Source: an uncultured bacterium
GTDB taxonomy: Bacteria > Krumholzibacteriota > Krumholzibacteriia > JACNKJ01
Direction: 5' to 3'
Assembly: GCA_963695095.1 (NCBI GenBank)
Contig: CAVOFT010000001.1
Location: 3,232,001 to 3,296,000, forward strand
Length of the DNA: 64,000 nt
This document shows positions 1 to 8,662 of the stretch, piece by piece. Position numbers and translations under genes: made by a program. Positions within the stretch are counted from its first letter, which is position 1. Every line of letters begins with the position of its first letter. The notes below the pieces were generated by a model. The model was not told where the DNA came from, did not search any database, and saw only the letters and a program-made list of their open reading frames with translations.

Positions 1-2
1 AC

Positions 3-584
3 GTGCAGATCGAGGGCATCGGCAACCTGAAGGCCTCCATCGAAGCCCACAACAACGAGCCCGTGACCCTGCGCGTGGACGCGCGGGAGGGCCGCATGCA
101 GCTCGCCGGCATCTTCGTCGGCGGGGACCAGGTCGCCCCCAAGGGCGAGCTGCGTTACCAGGGCAAGGTGCCGGTGGCCGGCGCGGCGCCCAGCCGCGTC
201 GACGCCCTCGACACCGACGCGCAGGGCGCCTACGTCCGCGTGCGCGACGCCGACCCCGAGGAGGACGGCACCTTCGGCTGGATGCTGGGACAGACGGTGA
301 GCGTGACGGGGAACCTGACCAACGACGTCGACCGCTACCTGATCGGCACGGACGACTTCAAGTTCGCGATCGAGCGCAGCAGCGTGAAGCCGGAGATCCA
401 GGAGATCCTCGACCTCGCCGCCGGCAGCAGCGAGCGCGCCATCGTCGACATGCGGCTCGCCAATCGGCCCTTCAATCTCATCGATCGGCGCAATCCGCGC
501 GAGGGTCGGCGGGAGACGCGCATCATCTCGATGGGCACGGCCCACTACATCACCGTGCAGAGCGCGGTGCTGAAGAACATCTAG
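3..584 (+). CDS. Hypothetical protein, 5'-truncated by window edge
   Basis: Open frame with typical GC3-rich codons and a globular-looking translation ending VLKNI-TAG; no recognisable motif. Confidence 0.75.
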   Translation: MQIEGIGNLKASIEAHNNEPVTLRVDAREGRMQLAGIFVGGDQVAPKGELRYQGKVPVAGAAPSRVDALDTDAQGAYVRVRDADPEEDGTFGWMLGQTVSVTGNLTNDVDRYLIGTDDFKFAIERSSVKPEIQEILDLAAGSSERAIVDMRLANRPFNLIDRRNPREGRRETRIISMGTAHYITVQSAVLKNI

Positions 585-590
585 CGTGAA

Positions 591-654
591 GCGGGCATGA
601 GGGGCTCCCGCTCGCGCCGCTTCACAGGCGCTCGCAGAAGCCCCTCATGCCCGC
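591..654 (-). repeat. Extragenic hairpin element, copy 1 (core GCGCCTGTGAAGCGGCGC on minus strand)
   Basis: 16-bp perfect outer inverted repeat gcgggcatgaggggct/agcccctcatgcccgc around core gcgccgcttcacaggcgc (614-631). Confidence 0.9.
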
Positions 655-736
655 CCCGCGCACGTTCCCCCATAGCACCGCGCTCTGCACGCATCCCTTG
701 CGCTGGGGGCATTCACTTCGGCATGCTTTGCGGCGA

Positions 737-799
737 GGCGTCTCTGGTTCTTCTGCGAGCGCCTGTGAAGCGGCGCGAGCGGGAGAAGCCAGAGACGCC
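737..799 (+). repeat. Extragenic hairpin element, copy 2
   Basis: Core gcgcctgtgaagcggcgc at 759-776; outer arms ggcgtctctgg/ccagagacgcc; inverted relative to copy 1. Confidence 0.9.
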
Positions 800-812
800 C
801 CGGAGGTCACGA

Positions 813-1218
813 ATGAGCGGACGCGAATGCCCCCAGCCTGAACATCCTGCTCCTGAGCGGCGACCGCGATCGGGCGCTCACCGCGCTCAACCTGGCTGCG
901 GCCGCCCTGGCCCTGGGCAGGCCGACCGCGCTCTTCCTGACCTGGGAAGCGGTGGCGCGCTTCGCCGCGAACAGCCTCGACGAGGGGCCGCTGCCGGCCT
1001 TCGTCGCGGGGCCGGCAGCGGCCGCCCTGGCCGGGCAGCCGGGCATTGCCGAGAGCCTGGAGGCGCTGCGCAAGCGCGGGCTCAAGCTCTACGCCTGCGC
1101 GGGGACCCTGCAGCTGCTGGGGATCGATGCGAGCGCCCTCGCTCCGCGCGTCGATGCCGTCGCGGGCGCGGCCAGCTTCCTCGCCGAAGCCGCCGCGGGG
1201 CAGATCGTCAGCCTCTAG
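813..1218 (+). CDS. DsrE/DsrF/peroxiredoxin-like family protein; apparent +1 frameshift just after the start
   Basis: Frame open 817-1218 reads LNILLLSGDRDRALTALNLAAAALALGRPTALFLTWEAV...GLKLYACAGTLQLLG...VAGAASFL (DsrE-like). GGAGG at 802 and ATG at 813 are one base out of frame (atgagcGgac). Confidence 0.7.
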
Positions 1219-2110
1219 GCCCGCCGTCGGCGCCGGCCTCGCTCTCGCTGCCGCGCAGCTCGAGATAGCGACCCTCGAAGAAGTAGCCCAGCCGCGGCGG
1301 ACGGCCATGCCGCGCCGCCGCGCGATCGATGGCGTCCAGGATGTCGCGCTTGAGGTGGCGGCCGGACAGGTGGATGAGCACGAGGTGCTTCACGCCGGCC
1401 GCGGCAGCCGTGGCGAAGCTGGCGTCGATGTTGGCATGGCGGCTGCCGGCCATCTCCTCGGCGTCGAGATAGGTGGAATCGATGAGCAAGAGGTCCGCGC
1501 CCGCGCAGGGCGCCGGATCGCGGAGCGGCTGCGTGTCGCCCGTGTAGACGAGCAGGGGATGCCAGACGGTCTCCACCACGGCCTCGCGGCCGCGCGCCAG
1601 GATGAGCGCCTTGACCTCCCGCGGATCGGCGCCCGCCAGCTCGGGGCGCAGGGCCTGCCGCCGCTCCTCGATGCGATAGCCGAGGCTCTGCCAGCCGCGC
1701 GTGTGGTCGACGGCGAAGGCGCTCACCCGCGTGCTGCGGCGGGTGATGTCCACCACCACCTCGTCGCCCGGCGCCAGACAGTGCCAGGTCAGGGCGTACT
1801 GCAGCCGATGGCGCTGCTTCTTGTCCAGGTACTCGCGCAGGTAGCCGATGAAGGGGTCCCCGGCCGGGTAGTGCACGGCCAGCGGAATCTCCCGATCCCC
1901 GTTGCTCAGGTTGCGCAGGTTGACCAGGCTGGGCAGGCCGGCGATGTGGTCCTCGTGCCCGTGCGTGAGGAAGACCTTGCGGATGCCGAAGATGCGCTTG
2001 CCGAGCGAGTGGATGATGCCCTCGCCCGCGTCCAGGAGGAGGCGGGCGGGCTTGTAGTAGAACCAGGAGGCATAGAGCGCCTTCGAGTAGCCGGCCAGGA
2101 TGTTCTGCAT
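1208..2110 (-). CDS. rnz: Ribonuclease Z, Thermotoga (TM)-type, MBL fold
   Basis: GYSKALYASWFYYKPARLLLDAGEG, THGHEDHIAG, NLRNLSNGDREIPL, YTGDT and LIHLS resemble T. maritima tRNase Z. Confidence 0.8.
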   Translation of the reverse strand: MQNILAGYSKALYASWFYYKPARLLLDAGEGIIHSLGKRIFGIRKVFLTHGHEDHIAGLPSLVNLRNLSNGDREIPLAVHYPAGDPFIGYLREYLDKKQRHRLQYALTWHCLAPGDEVVVDITRRSTRVSAFAVDHTRGWQSLGYRIEERRQALRPELAGADPREVKALILARGREAVVETVWHPLLVYTGDTQPLRDPAPCAGADLLLIDSTYLDAEEMAGSRHANIDASFATAAAAGVKHLVLIHLSGRHLKRDILDAIDRAAARHGRPPRLGYFFEGRYLELRGSESEAGADGGPRG

Positions 2111-2169
2111 GGGCAACACCTTAGCCGCGCGAGGGCGCCCGCGCAAGGCGGGAAGCGCGGGCGGGCATC

Positions 2170-2197
2170 TTGACTTTGGCCGCAACCCCTTTATCAT
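2170..2197 (+). promoter_or_regulatory. Sigma70-type promoter for the COG2403 gene
   Basis: TTGACT-N16-TATCAT upstream of ATG 2284. Confidence 0.5.
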
Positions 2198-2283
2198 GCG
2201 CTCGTTACGATTCCCTGGCGGGGTCTTCCCGCGCCCCTTCCGGCGGCGTGGACGCGACTCGGCCCTGATCCGAGGTCCACTCC

Positions 2284-3669
2284 ATGGCAAGGAAGAAGAT
2301 CATCATCATGGGCGCGGCCGGCCGCGACTTCCACAACTTCAACTGCCTCTACCGCGACAACGCGGACGTCGAGGTGGTCGCCTTCACCGCCACCCAGATT
2401 CCCGACATCGAGGGCCGGCGCTATCCGGCCGAGCTCGCCGGCAAGCTCTACCCCAAGGGCATCCCCATCCACGAGGAGGAGAGGCTGGGCGAGCTGATCG
2501 AGGAGCACGAGGTGGACGAGGTCGTCTTCGCCTACAGCGACGTCACCCACGAGCACGTCATGCACGCCGCCTGCTTCGTCAACGCGATGGGACCGAGCTT
2601 CACGATGATCGGCACCCAGGACACGATGATCGAGAGCACCAAGCCGGTCATCTCCATCTGCGCCACGCGCACCGGCTGCGGCAAGAGCCAGACCACGCGC
2701 AAGGTGATGGAGATCCTCAAGGACATGGGCAAGAAGGTGGTCGCGGTGCGCCACCCGATGCCCTACGGCGATCTCGCCAAGCAGGCCGTGCAGCGCTTCG
2801 CCACCCTCGACGATCTGGTCAAGCACGACTGCACGATCGAGGAGATGGAGGAGTACGAGCCGCACATCGCCGCCGGGCACGTCGTCTACGCCGGCGTGGA
2901 CTACGAGGCCATCCTGCGCGAGGCGGAAAAGGAGGCTGACGTCATCCTCTGGGACGGCGGCAACAACGACACCAGCTTCTACCTGCCCAACCTGCTCATC
3001 GTCGTCGTCGATCCGCTGCGCCCGGGGCACGAGATCGGCTACTTCCCCGGCGAGACCAACCTGCTGCAGGCCGACGTGATCGTCATCAACAAGATCGACA
3101 GCGCGAGCCTGGAGGACATCGAGGCGGTGCGGGCGACGATCCGCGAGCTGAACCCCGAGGCCATCGTGGTCGACGCCGCCAGCCCCATCAGCGTGGAGGA
3201 TCCGGAGCTGATCGCCGGCGCCCGCGTGCTGGTGGTGGAGGACGGCCCCACGCTCACCCACGGCGAGATGAAGCTGGGCGCGGGCATGGTCGCCGCCCTC
3301 AAGTTCGGCGGCGAGCCGGTGGATCCGCGGCCCTACCTGGTCGGCAAGCTCAAGGAGACCTTCGCCAAGTACGAGGACATCGGCGTGCTGCTGCCGGCCA
3401 TGGGCTACGGCGGCCAGCAGAAGCAGGATCTCGAGGCCACCATCGCCGCCGTCGACTGCGACGCGGTGATCATCGGCACGCCCATCGACCTGCGGCGCAT
3501 CATGACGATCAAGCAGCCCTCGACGCGCGTCACCTACGAGCTGGACGAGATCGGCCGCCCCGACATGGACGACATCATCAGCGCCTTCCTGCAGCAGCTC
3601 GAGAGCGAGGACGAGGAAGCGCAGGATCACGAGCACAAGCCCGGCGACGGCCACAAGCACGCGCACTAG
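2284..3669 (+). CDS. COG2403 P-loop NTPase (cyclic 2,3-DPG synthetase-like; candidate arginine synthetase ArcE)
   Basis: IIIMGAAGRDFHNFN, VVAFTATQIP, RTGCGKSQT, RHPMPYGDL, LWDGGNND, VVEDGPTLTHG, LPAMGY; His-rich C-terminal tail. Confidence 0.8.
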   Translation: MARKKIIIMGAAGRDFHNFNCLYRDNADVEVVAFTATQIPDIEGRRYPAELAGKLYPKGIPIHEEERLGELIEEHEVDEVVFAYSDVTHEHVMHAACFVNAMGPSFTMIGTQDTMIESTKPVISICATRTGCGKSQTTRKVMEILKDMGKKVVAVRHPMPYGDLAKQAVQRFATLDDLVKHDCTIEEMEEYEPHIAAGHVVYAGVDYEAILREAEKEADVILWDGGNNDTSFYLPNLLIVVVDPLRPGHEIGYFPGETNLLQADVIVINKIDSASLEDIEAVRATIRELNPEAIVVDAASPISVEDPELIAGARVLVVEDGPTLTHGEMKLGAGMVAALKFGGEPVDPRPYLVGKLKETFAKYEDIGVLLPAMGYGGQQKQDLEATIAAVDCDAVIIGTPIDLRRIMTIKQPSTRVTYELDEIGRPDMDDIISAFLQQLESEDEEAQDHEHKPGDGHKHAH

Positions 3670-3695
3670 GCCGCCGCTCGCCATCGCGCCAAACG

Positions 3696-3727
3696 AAAAA
3701 CGCCGGGGCCCGAAAGCCCCGGCGTTT
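3696..3727. terminator. Bidirectional intrinsic terminator between convergent genes
   Basis: aaacgccggggc-ccgaaa-gccccggcgttt hairpin with A/T tracts on both sides. Confidence 0.8.
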
Positions 3728-3762
3728 GGCATGGGAGGCTGTGAAGGAAGATAGCAGGGGAA

Positions 3763-5283
3763 TCAGGGTGTGACCAGCGTGCTCGCCTCGCGGTTGCGGC
3801 TGCGCGCCGGCAACAGCGCGCAATCGGTTTGGCCGAAGAGCCGGTAGAGCCACCAGCCGGAATCCAGGCCATGGCTCTCCATGAGCACGCGCTGGGCATA
3901 CTGCAGGGCCTCGCCCACCGTGGCCCCGCCGAGCAGGCGCTCGTAGAGGGCGGCGCGGAAGGCGTCGCGCTCGCTCACCTCGCGGAAGGGCGCCAGGGGC
4001 ACGAGCACGTGGCGACAGCCGTGGGCGAGCAGCTCGCCGGCGCGTTCGCCGAGCAGGTCGGGGTCGCCGGCCTCCTGGCCGCCGCCCGGGGGCAGGTCCA
4101 GCAGAACGAGTTCGCAGTCGGGCCGGCCCTCGGCCAGCAGGCTTTCCAGGGCCGAGGCGTCGAGGCAATGGATGAGGCGGGCGCTGGCCTCCTGCTCGGT
4201 GCTCCAGTAGACATCCAGGCCCTTGGTCTCCACCAGTTCCTGGATGCCCTGGGCGAGCCGGCGCGCCGCGCCGCTCTCCCCCACCACGCGCAGGCTCGTG
4301 CGCAGGCCGTCGGTCTCGGGGCGCAGATTGCGGCGGCGGAAGTGGAGGAAGTTGGTGCCGCGGGTGAACAGGTGCGTCTCGCCGAGGAAGACCCCATCGC
4401 GCTGGCTGGGCAGCAGCTCCCAGGGCAGGCGCAGGACCACCGGCGCGCCGAGCACGCGCAGGCGCTCGCCGAGTCCGTCTTCGCCGCCACGCTGGGCCAG
4501 GCCGGCGGCCAGGGCCGCTGCCATGGGGCCGACGAGGCGCAGGCGGTTCTCGCTCGGGTCGCGCGCTTCGCTGTAGTCCGCAAGCAGGTCCGCCAGGGCC
4601 GCTTCCATCTGCTCGGGCGCGGGCAGCAGCTCGCTCAACTCGAGACTGAGCACTTGCTCGGTCGCCAGGCCGGGGGCGCGCAAGGGCCTCGGCAGCGGCT
4701 GCCTGGCGCCCGGCGGCAGGGGTGTGGCGAGCACCGGCTCCTCGCCCTCCCAGCGCCGGTCCTCGAGCTGCTTGCGATCCAGGAAGTGGCGCAGGTACTG
4801 GCCGCGCAGGTCGCGGTCGTCGACGAGGAAGAGCAGGCGGCGCGGCCCGCGCTCGCGACTGAGGAACTCCCGGCTCGTCGTCCAGACGCGCGTGACGAGA
4901 TCCGAGAAGCTCTCCACATAAGGGGAGAAGTCGAGGATGGCGATGGCCACTTCGCGCAGGCCGAGCAGGCCGGCCTGGAAGAAGCACTCGCGGAAGCGGT
5001 CCTCGAGCACCGCCAGGTCGGCCTTCTCCTCGGCCGGCAGGCAGAGATGAAAGAGGAAGCGCTGGGGCAGATCTCCGCTCGAGGTGAGCATCACCTCGCG
5101 CTCGCCGCCATACTCGGCGATCTCGCCCAGGACCGTCTCGCCGGCCATCTTCAGCACGGCGCTGGGCGGGCGGGGCGAGTCCGGCCCCGACCAGGGCAGC
5201 ACGAGGGCGTCCACCCTCAGCTCGGAGGCCTGCTGGGTCGAGAGCGCGATGGCGCGGTTGCCGATGCCGTAGTTGCGGATCAT
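3763..5283 (-). CDS. Degenerate macro domain fused to degenerate CHAT (caspase-like) domain
   Basis: N-terminus macro-like (RVDALVLP, VMLTSSGDLPQRFLFH, LEDRFRECF, GLREVAIA). C-terminus CHAT-like (LRLPWELL, GCRHVL, ALYERLLGGATVGEALQYAQ, WWLYRLFG). Confidence 0.6.
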   Translation of the reverse strand: MIRNYGIGNRAIALSTQQASELRVDALVLPWSGPDSPRPPSAVLKMAGETVLGEIAEYGGEREVMLTSSGDLPQRFLFHLCLPAEEKADLAVLEDRFRECFFQAGLLGLREVAIAILDFSPYVESFSDLVTRVWTTSREFLSRERGPRRLLFLVDDRDLRGQYLRHFLDRKQLEDRRWEGEEPVLATPLPPGARQPLPRPLRAPGLATEQVLSLELSELLPAPEQMEAALADLLADYSEARDPSENRLRLVGPMAAALAAGLAQRGGEDGLGERLRVLGAPVVLRLPWELLPSQRDGVFLGETHLFTRGTNFLHFRRRNLRPETDGLRTSLRVVGESGAARRLAQGIQELVETKGLDVYWSTEQEASARLIHCLDASALESLLAEGRPDCELVLLDLPPGGGQEAGDPDLLGERAGELLAHGCRHVLVPLAPFREVSERDAFRAALYERLLGGATVGEALQYAQRVLMESHGLDSGWWLYRLFGQTDCALLPARSRNREASTLVTP

Positions 5284-5463
5284 CACCCGGCAGCAAAGCA
5301 AGGGCGATGACAAACCGCCGCGGCAGGCGGGCCGGCCCGCCGATCCGGGCGGCGCGGGGGCAGCGGCTGCCCATGGATGCCTTGGGATGCCCGCCCGGGC
5401 GGCGCGCGGGCCGGCCGGCGCGGAGGATGGGCGGCGAGGGCGCAGGCGGACGCGCGAAGCCGT

Positions 5464-6276
5464 CTATTCCTGTTCTTCGCGGACGATCTCGCGGCCGGTG
5501 CCGAATTCGTAACGGCGCTCGGCGCACTGGCTATCGCTCACTCGGCAACGATAGCAGGCAAAATTCACGTCGCAGATGGGCGCCAGTCCGATGCGCGCGT
5601 CGCCCGAGGCGAAGAGCTGGAGCAGGAAGTCCACGGTCTCCTCGTCGCGGCCGGAGGCCGCCGCCAGCGCGACGATGGCGGCGCGAATGCCGGCCGCGTC
5701 GATCGAGCCGTCCACGAGGTCGCGCATGCGGCTGAGCACGCGGCGCACGGCGGGGCTCGAGCCGGGCGTCTTCCAGCCCATCTCGCGGGTGAACTCGACG
5801 GCGCCCTCGTCCTTGATGTAGCTGAACATCTCCTCGACGCCGGCGGCCAGGTCCTCCTCGCTCTCGAAGGAGGAGAGGAAGTCCACGACGCTGCCGAAGT
5901 CCTTGCGCAGCGTGCGCATGGTGCGGGCGTTCTTGGCGATGGAGCGGACGCGCTGGAGATTGAGCTCGAGGCCCTCCACCTCGGCGAGCTTGCGCTTGCC
6001 CTTCTCGTCGAGGTCGGCCAAGGCCTCGAAGTCCGCCAGGTGCTCCTGCAGCAGGGGCTGCTTGTCGTAGGTGAAGCCGTAGTTGCCGAATCCGAAGCGC
6101 AGCATCTGGAGAATGAGCGAGAACCAGATGCCGTCGTCGCTCTTCCGGGCCGCCTTCCAGCGCAGGACCTCTTCCTCCACATAGTGGAGCGGGTCGATGC
6201 TCGAGCCCTGGCGTTTCATGTCCTCGCGCAGGGTGGTCACGATCTCCTCGAAGAGATCCTTCATGCGGTCCGCCAT
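5464..6276 (-). CDS. DNA glycosylase-like protein (TAG-like N-terminus, HhH/EndoIII-like 4-Cys C-terminus)
   Basis: SDDGIWFSLILQ..., RVRSIAKNARTMRTLRKDFGSVVDFL, AVRRVLSRM, C-terminal ICDVNFACYRCRVSDSQC. Confidence 0.55.
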   Translation of the reverse strand: MADRMKDLFEEIVTTLREDMKRQGSSIDPLHYVEEEVLRWKAARKSDDGIWFSLILQMLRFGFGNYGFTYDKQPLLQEHLADFEALADLDEKGKRKLAEVEGLELNLQRVRSIAKNARTMRTLRKDFGSVVDFLSSFESEEDLAAGVEEMFSYIKDEGAVEFTREMGWKTPGSSPAVRRVLSRMRDLVDGSIDAAGIRAAIVALAAASGRDEETVDFLLQLFASGDARIGLAPICDVNFACYRCRVSDSQCAERRYEFGTGREIVREEQE

Positions 6277-6482
6277 GGGCACACTCCGATCTTGAACTGA
6301 TCGTTCACTACACTACAGCAAATGGAGTGGGAATGAAGAGGGAGATCCAGACTATAGGCGATTCCGGTCGCCAGCGCCAGCCGGAAAGTCGCCGACTTGT
6401 CAGGGACCGCGCCCGGATGCTAGGCTGGCCGCCAGCCGGAGCGGGCGCGCCCCGGCCCACCGCCGCACCGAAGGGGTTACCG

Positions 6483-7532
6483 ATGAGCTCTGCCATCCGC
6501 CTTGGCCGCATGGCCTTGACCGCCTGCTTCCTGCTGATCGCCTTCGCCGCGGCCCTTGCCCTGCCGGCCGCCGCCCAGGCTCCGGAGGCGGTCCCCGCGC
6601 CGGCAGCGGCTCCCGATACCAGCGGCCTCAGCTCCCTGCAGAAGGTGATGCTCCAGGCCCAGCAGCTCAGCGGCAAGCGGCCGGCCGCCCCGCCCGATTC
6701 GGTGATCCTGCCGCCGGGTGTGCGCCGGCTGACGCACACGGACGCTGACGAGGGCCCCTGCGCCTGGAGTCCCGACGGCAAGACCCTCTACTACGATGCT
6801 CTCGACGGCGGTCCGCGCACTCTCCTGCGCATGGACCTGGCCACGGGCGAGGTGGGCCCCATCGCCGATACTCCCCGCGAGGGTTTCAACGCGGCCGTCT
6901 CGCCGGATGGGCGCTACCTCGTCTTCGCGCGCACCCTGCCCAATCTCCGGCACAAGCTCTGGGTGATGCGCCTGGAAGACGGCGAGGAGGCCAAGCTGAC
7001 CACCGAGGGCGGCAACCTGTACGAGGGCGACCCCGCCTGGAGCGTGAGCGGCGGGCTCATCTACTACTCCCTCTCGAACAACGGGACTCCCAATGCCACG
7101 CCGATGGTGATCTCCCGCACGGGCGACAACCTGCAGCCTCTCGAGCAGGGGAACGGCAGCTACCAGAGTCCCCGGCCCAGTCCGAGCGGCAGCAAGATCG
7201 CCTGGGTGCTGCGCGTGGGTGCGACGGCCGGCCTGCGCATCGTCGATGCCCGCATCAGCGCCCTCAGCGAGGATTACGAGTTTCCCGGCTACTTCCTGAG
7301 CAGCGTGGACTGGCTGCCCGGCGAGCGGCGGCTCGTGGTTTCCTACCTGACCCTGAGCGCCCCCGCGGAGGGCTACCGGATCGGGATCGTCGATCTCGAC
7401 AGCTTGCAACTCGAGCCCTGGCTCGACATGCCGGCGGCCCTGGATCCCCGCGTCTCGCCCGATGGGCGGCAGCTGGTCTTCCGGTCCCGGGTGGGCAAGA
7501 ACTACGAGCTCTACCTCGCCGACCTGCCGTGA
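6483..7532 (+). CDS. TolB-like beta-propeller protein (PD40 repeats) with signal peptide
   Basis: Signal peptide; repeats AWSPDGKTL, VSPDGRYLVF, PAWSVSG, PSPSGSKIAW, VSPDGRQLVF. Confidence 0.85.
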   Translation: MSSAIRLGRMALTACFLLIAFAAALALPAAAQAPEAVPAPAAAPDTSGLSSLQKVMLQAQQLSGKRPAAPPDSVILPPGVRRLTHTDADEGPCAWSPDGKTLYYDALDGGPRTLLRMDLATGEVGPIADTPREGFNAAVSPDGRYLVFARTLPNLRHKLWVMRLEDGEEAKLTTEGGNLYEGDPAWSVSGGLIYYSLSNNGTPNATPMVISRTGDNLQPLEQGNGSYQSPRPSPSGSKIAWVLRVGATAGLRIVDARISALSEDYEFPGYFLSSVDWLPGERRLVVSYLTLSAPAEGYRIGIVDLDSLQLEPWLDMPAALDPRVSPDGRQLVFRSRVGKNYELYLADLP

Positions 7533-7676
7533 GGCCCGGTCTCGCCAGGCTGGCCTGAGCGCGGCCGCGCACTTGGCGGCGGCCGCAAAGATGGGTTCGC
7601 CCTGCCCGCCGCTTTGATGTATCCTGGCGTCCGCTGCAGGCGCCGAGCCGACTCGCGCCATCGCGCAAGGAGCCCC

Positions 7677-8543
7677 ATGCCCAGGGACAAGGTCATCGTC
7701 GTCATGCCGGCCTACAACGCCGAGACCACCCTCGAGCGCACCCTGGCCGACATCCCGGCCGGCAGCGTGGACGAGATCATCCTCGTCGACGACTGCAGCA
7801 AGGACGGCACGGTGGATCTGGCCCGGCGCCTGGGGCTCACCGTCATCGAGCACGAGACGAACAAGGGCTACGGCGGCAACCAGAAGACCTGCTACGCAGC
7901 GGCCCTGGAGCGCGGCGCCGATGTCGTGGTGATGATCCACCCGGACTATCAGTACGACGCCCGCCTGGTGCCCCACCTGGCGGGCCTGCTCAGCGCCGGC
8001 CACGTGGACGTGGTGCTGGGCAACCGCATCCGATCGCGGCGGGAGACCCTGGCCGGCGGCATGCCGATCTACAAGTACCTGGCCAACCGCGGGCTCACGA
8101 TCGTCGAGAACCTCTGGCTGGGCCAGAACCTGGGCGAGTTCCACAGCGGCATGCGCGGCTATCGGCGCGAGGTGCTGCAAACCCTGCCCTGGGAGCGCAA
8201 CAGCGACGACTTCGTCTTCGACAGCCAGTTCCTGGCCCAGGCCGTCTACTTCGGCTTCCGCGTGGGCGATATCCCCGTGCCCGTGCGCTACATGGAGGAG
8301 GCGAGCAGCATCAACTTCGCGCGCAGCCTCGAGTACGGCCTGCTCACCCTGGAGACCCTGGCCCGCTACGCCCTGCACCGCCACGGGCTGATGCAGAGCG
8401 ACATCTTCGAGCCCCGCGAGGGAGCGCCCGCCCCCAGCGGCGGCCCCAAGCGCGCCCGCCGGCTGGTGGACAAGGCCCGCCAGCTGGCCGAGGGCAGCCC
8501 GGGCAAGAGCGAGCCCATCGCTGGAAACCCCCGGCAACAGTAA
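7677..8543 (+). CDS. Glycosyltransferase family 2 (DPM1-like)
   Basis: [51 protein letters not shown]. Confidence 0.9.
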   Translation: MPRDKVIVVMPAYNAETTLERTLADIPAGSVDEIILVDDCSKDGTVDLARRLGLTVIEHETNKGYGGNQKTCYAAALERGADVVVMIHPDYQYDARLVPHLAGLLSAGHVDVVLGNRIRSRRETLAGGMPIYKYLANRGLTIVENLWLGQNLGEFHSGMRGYRREVLQTLPWERNSDDFVFDSQFLAQAVYFGFRVGDIPVPVRYMEEASSINFARSLEYGLLTLETLARYALHRHGLMQSDIFEPREGAPAPSGGPKRARRLVDKARQLAEGSPGKSEPIAGNPRQQ

Positions 8544-8662
8544 ACCTTCTATTTCCGGTATCAATATAGTGAATCTCTTGGCGAGCGGCTAAGCTGGCCT
8601 CTAATTTGGATCTATGAGTCCGGTTGGAAGCAGCTGACCCTACCCTCACCCCAGAGGTCACC

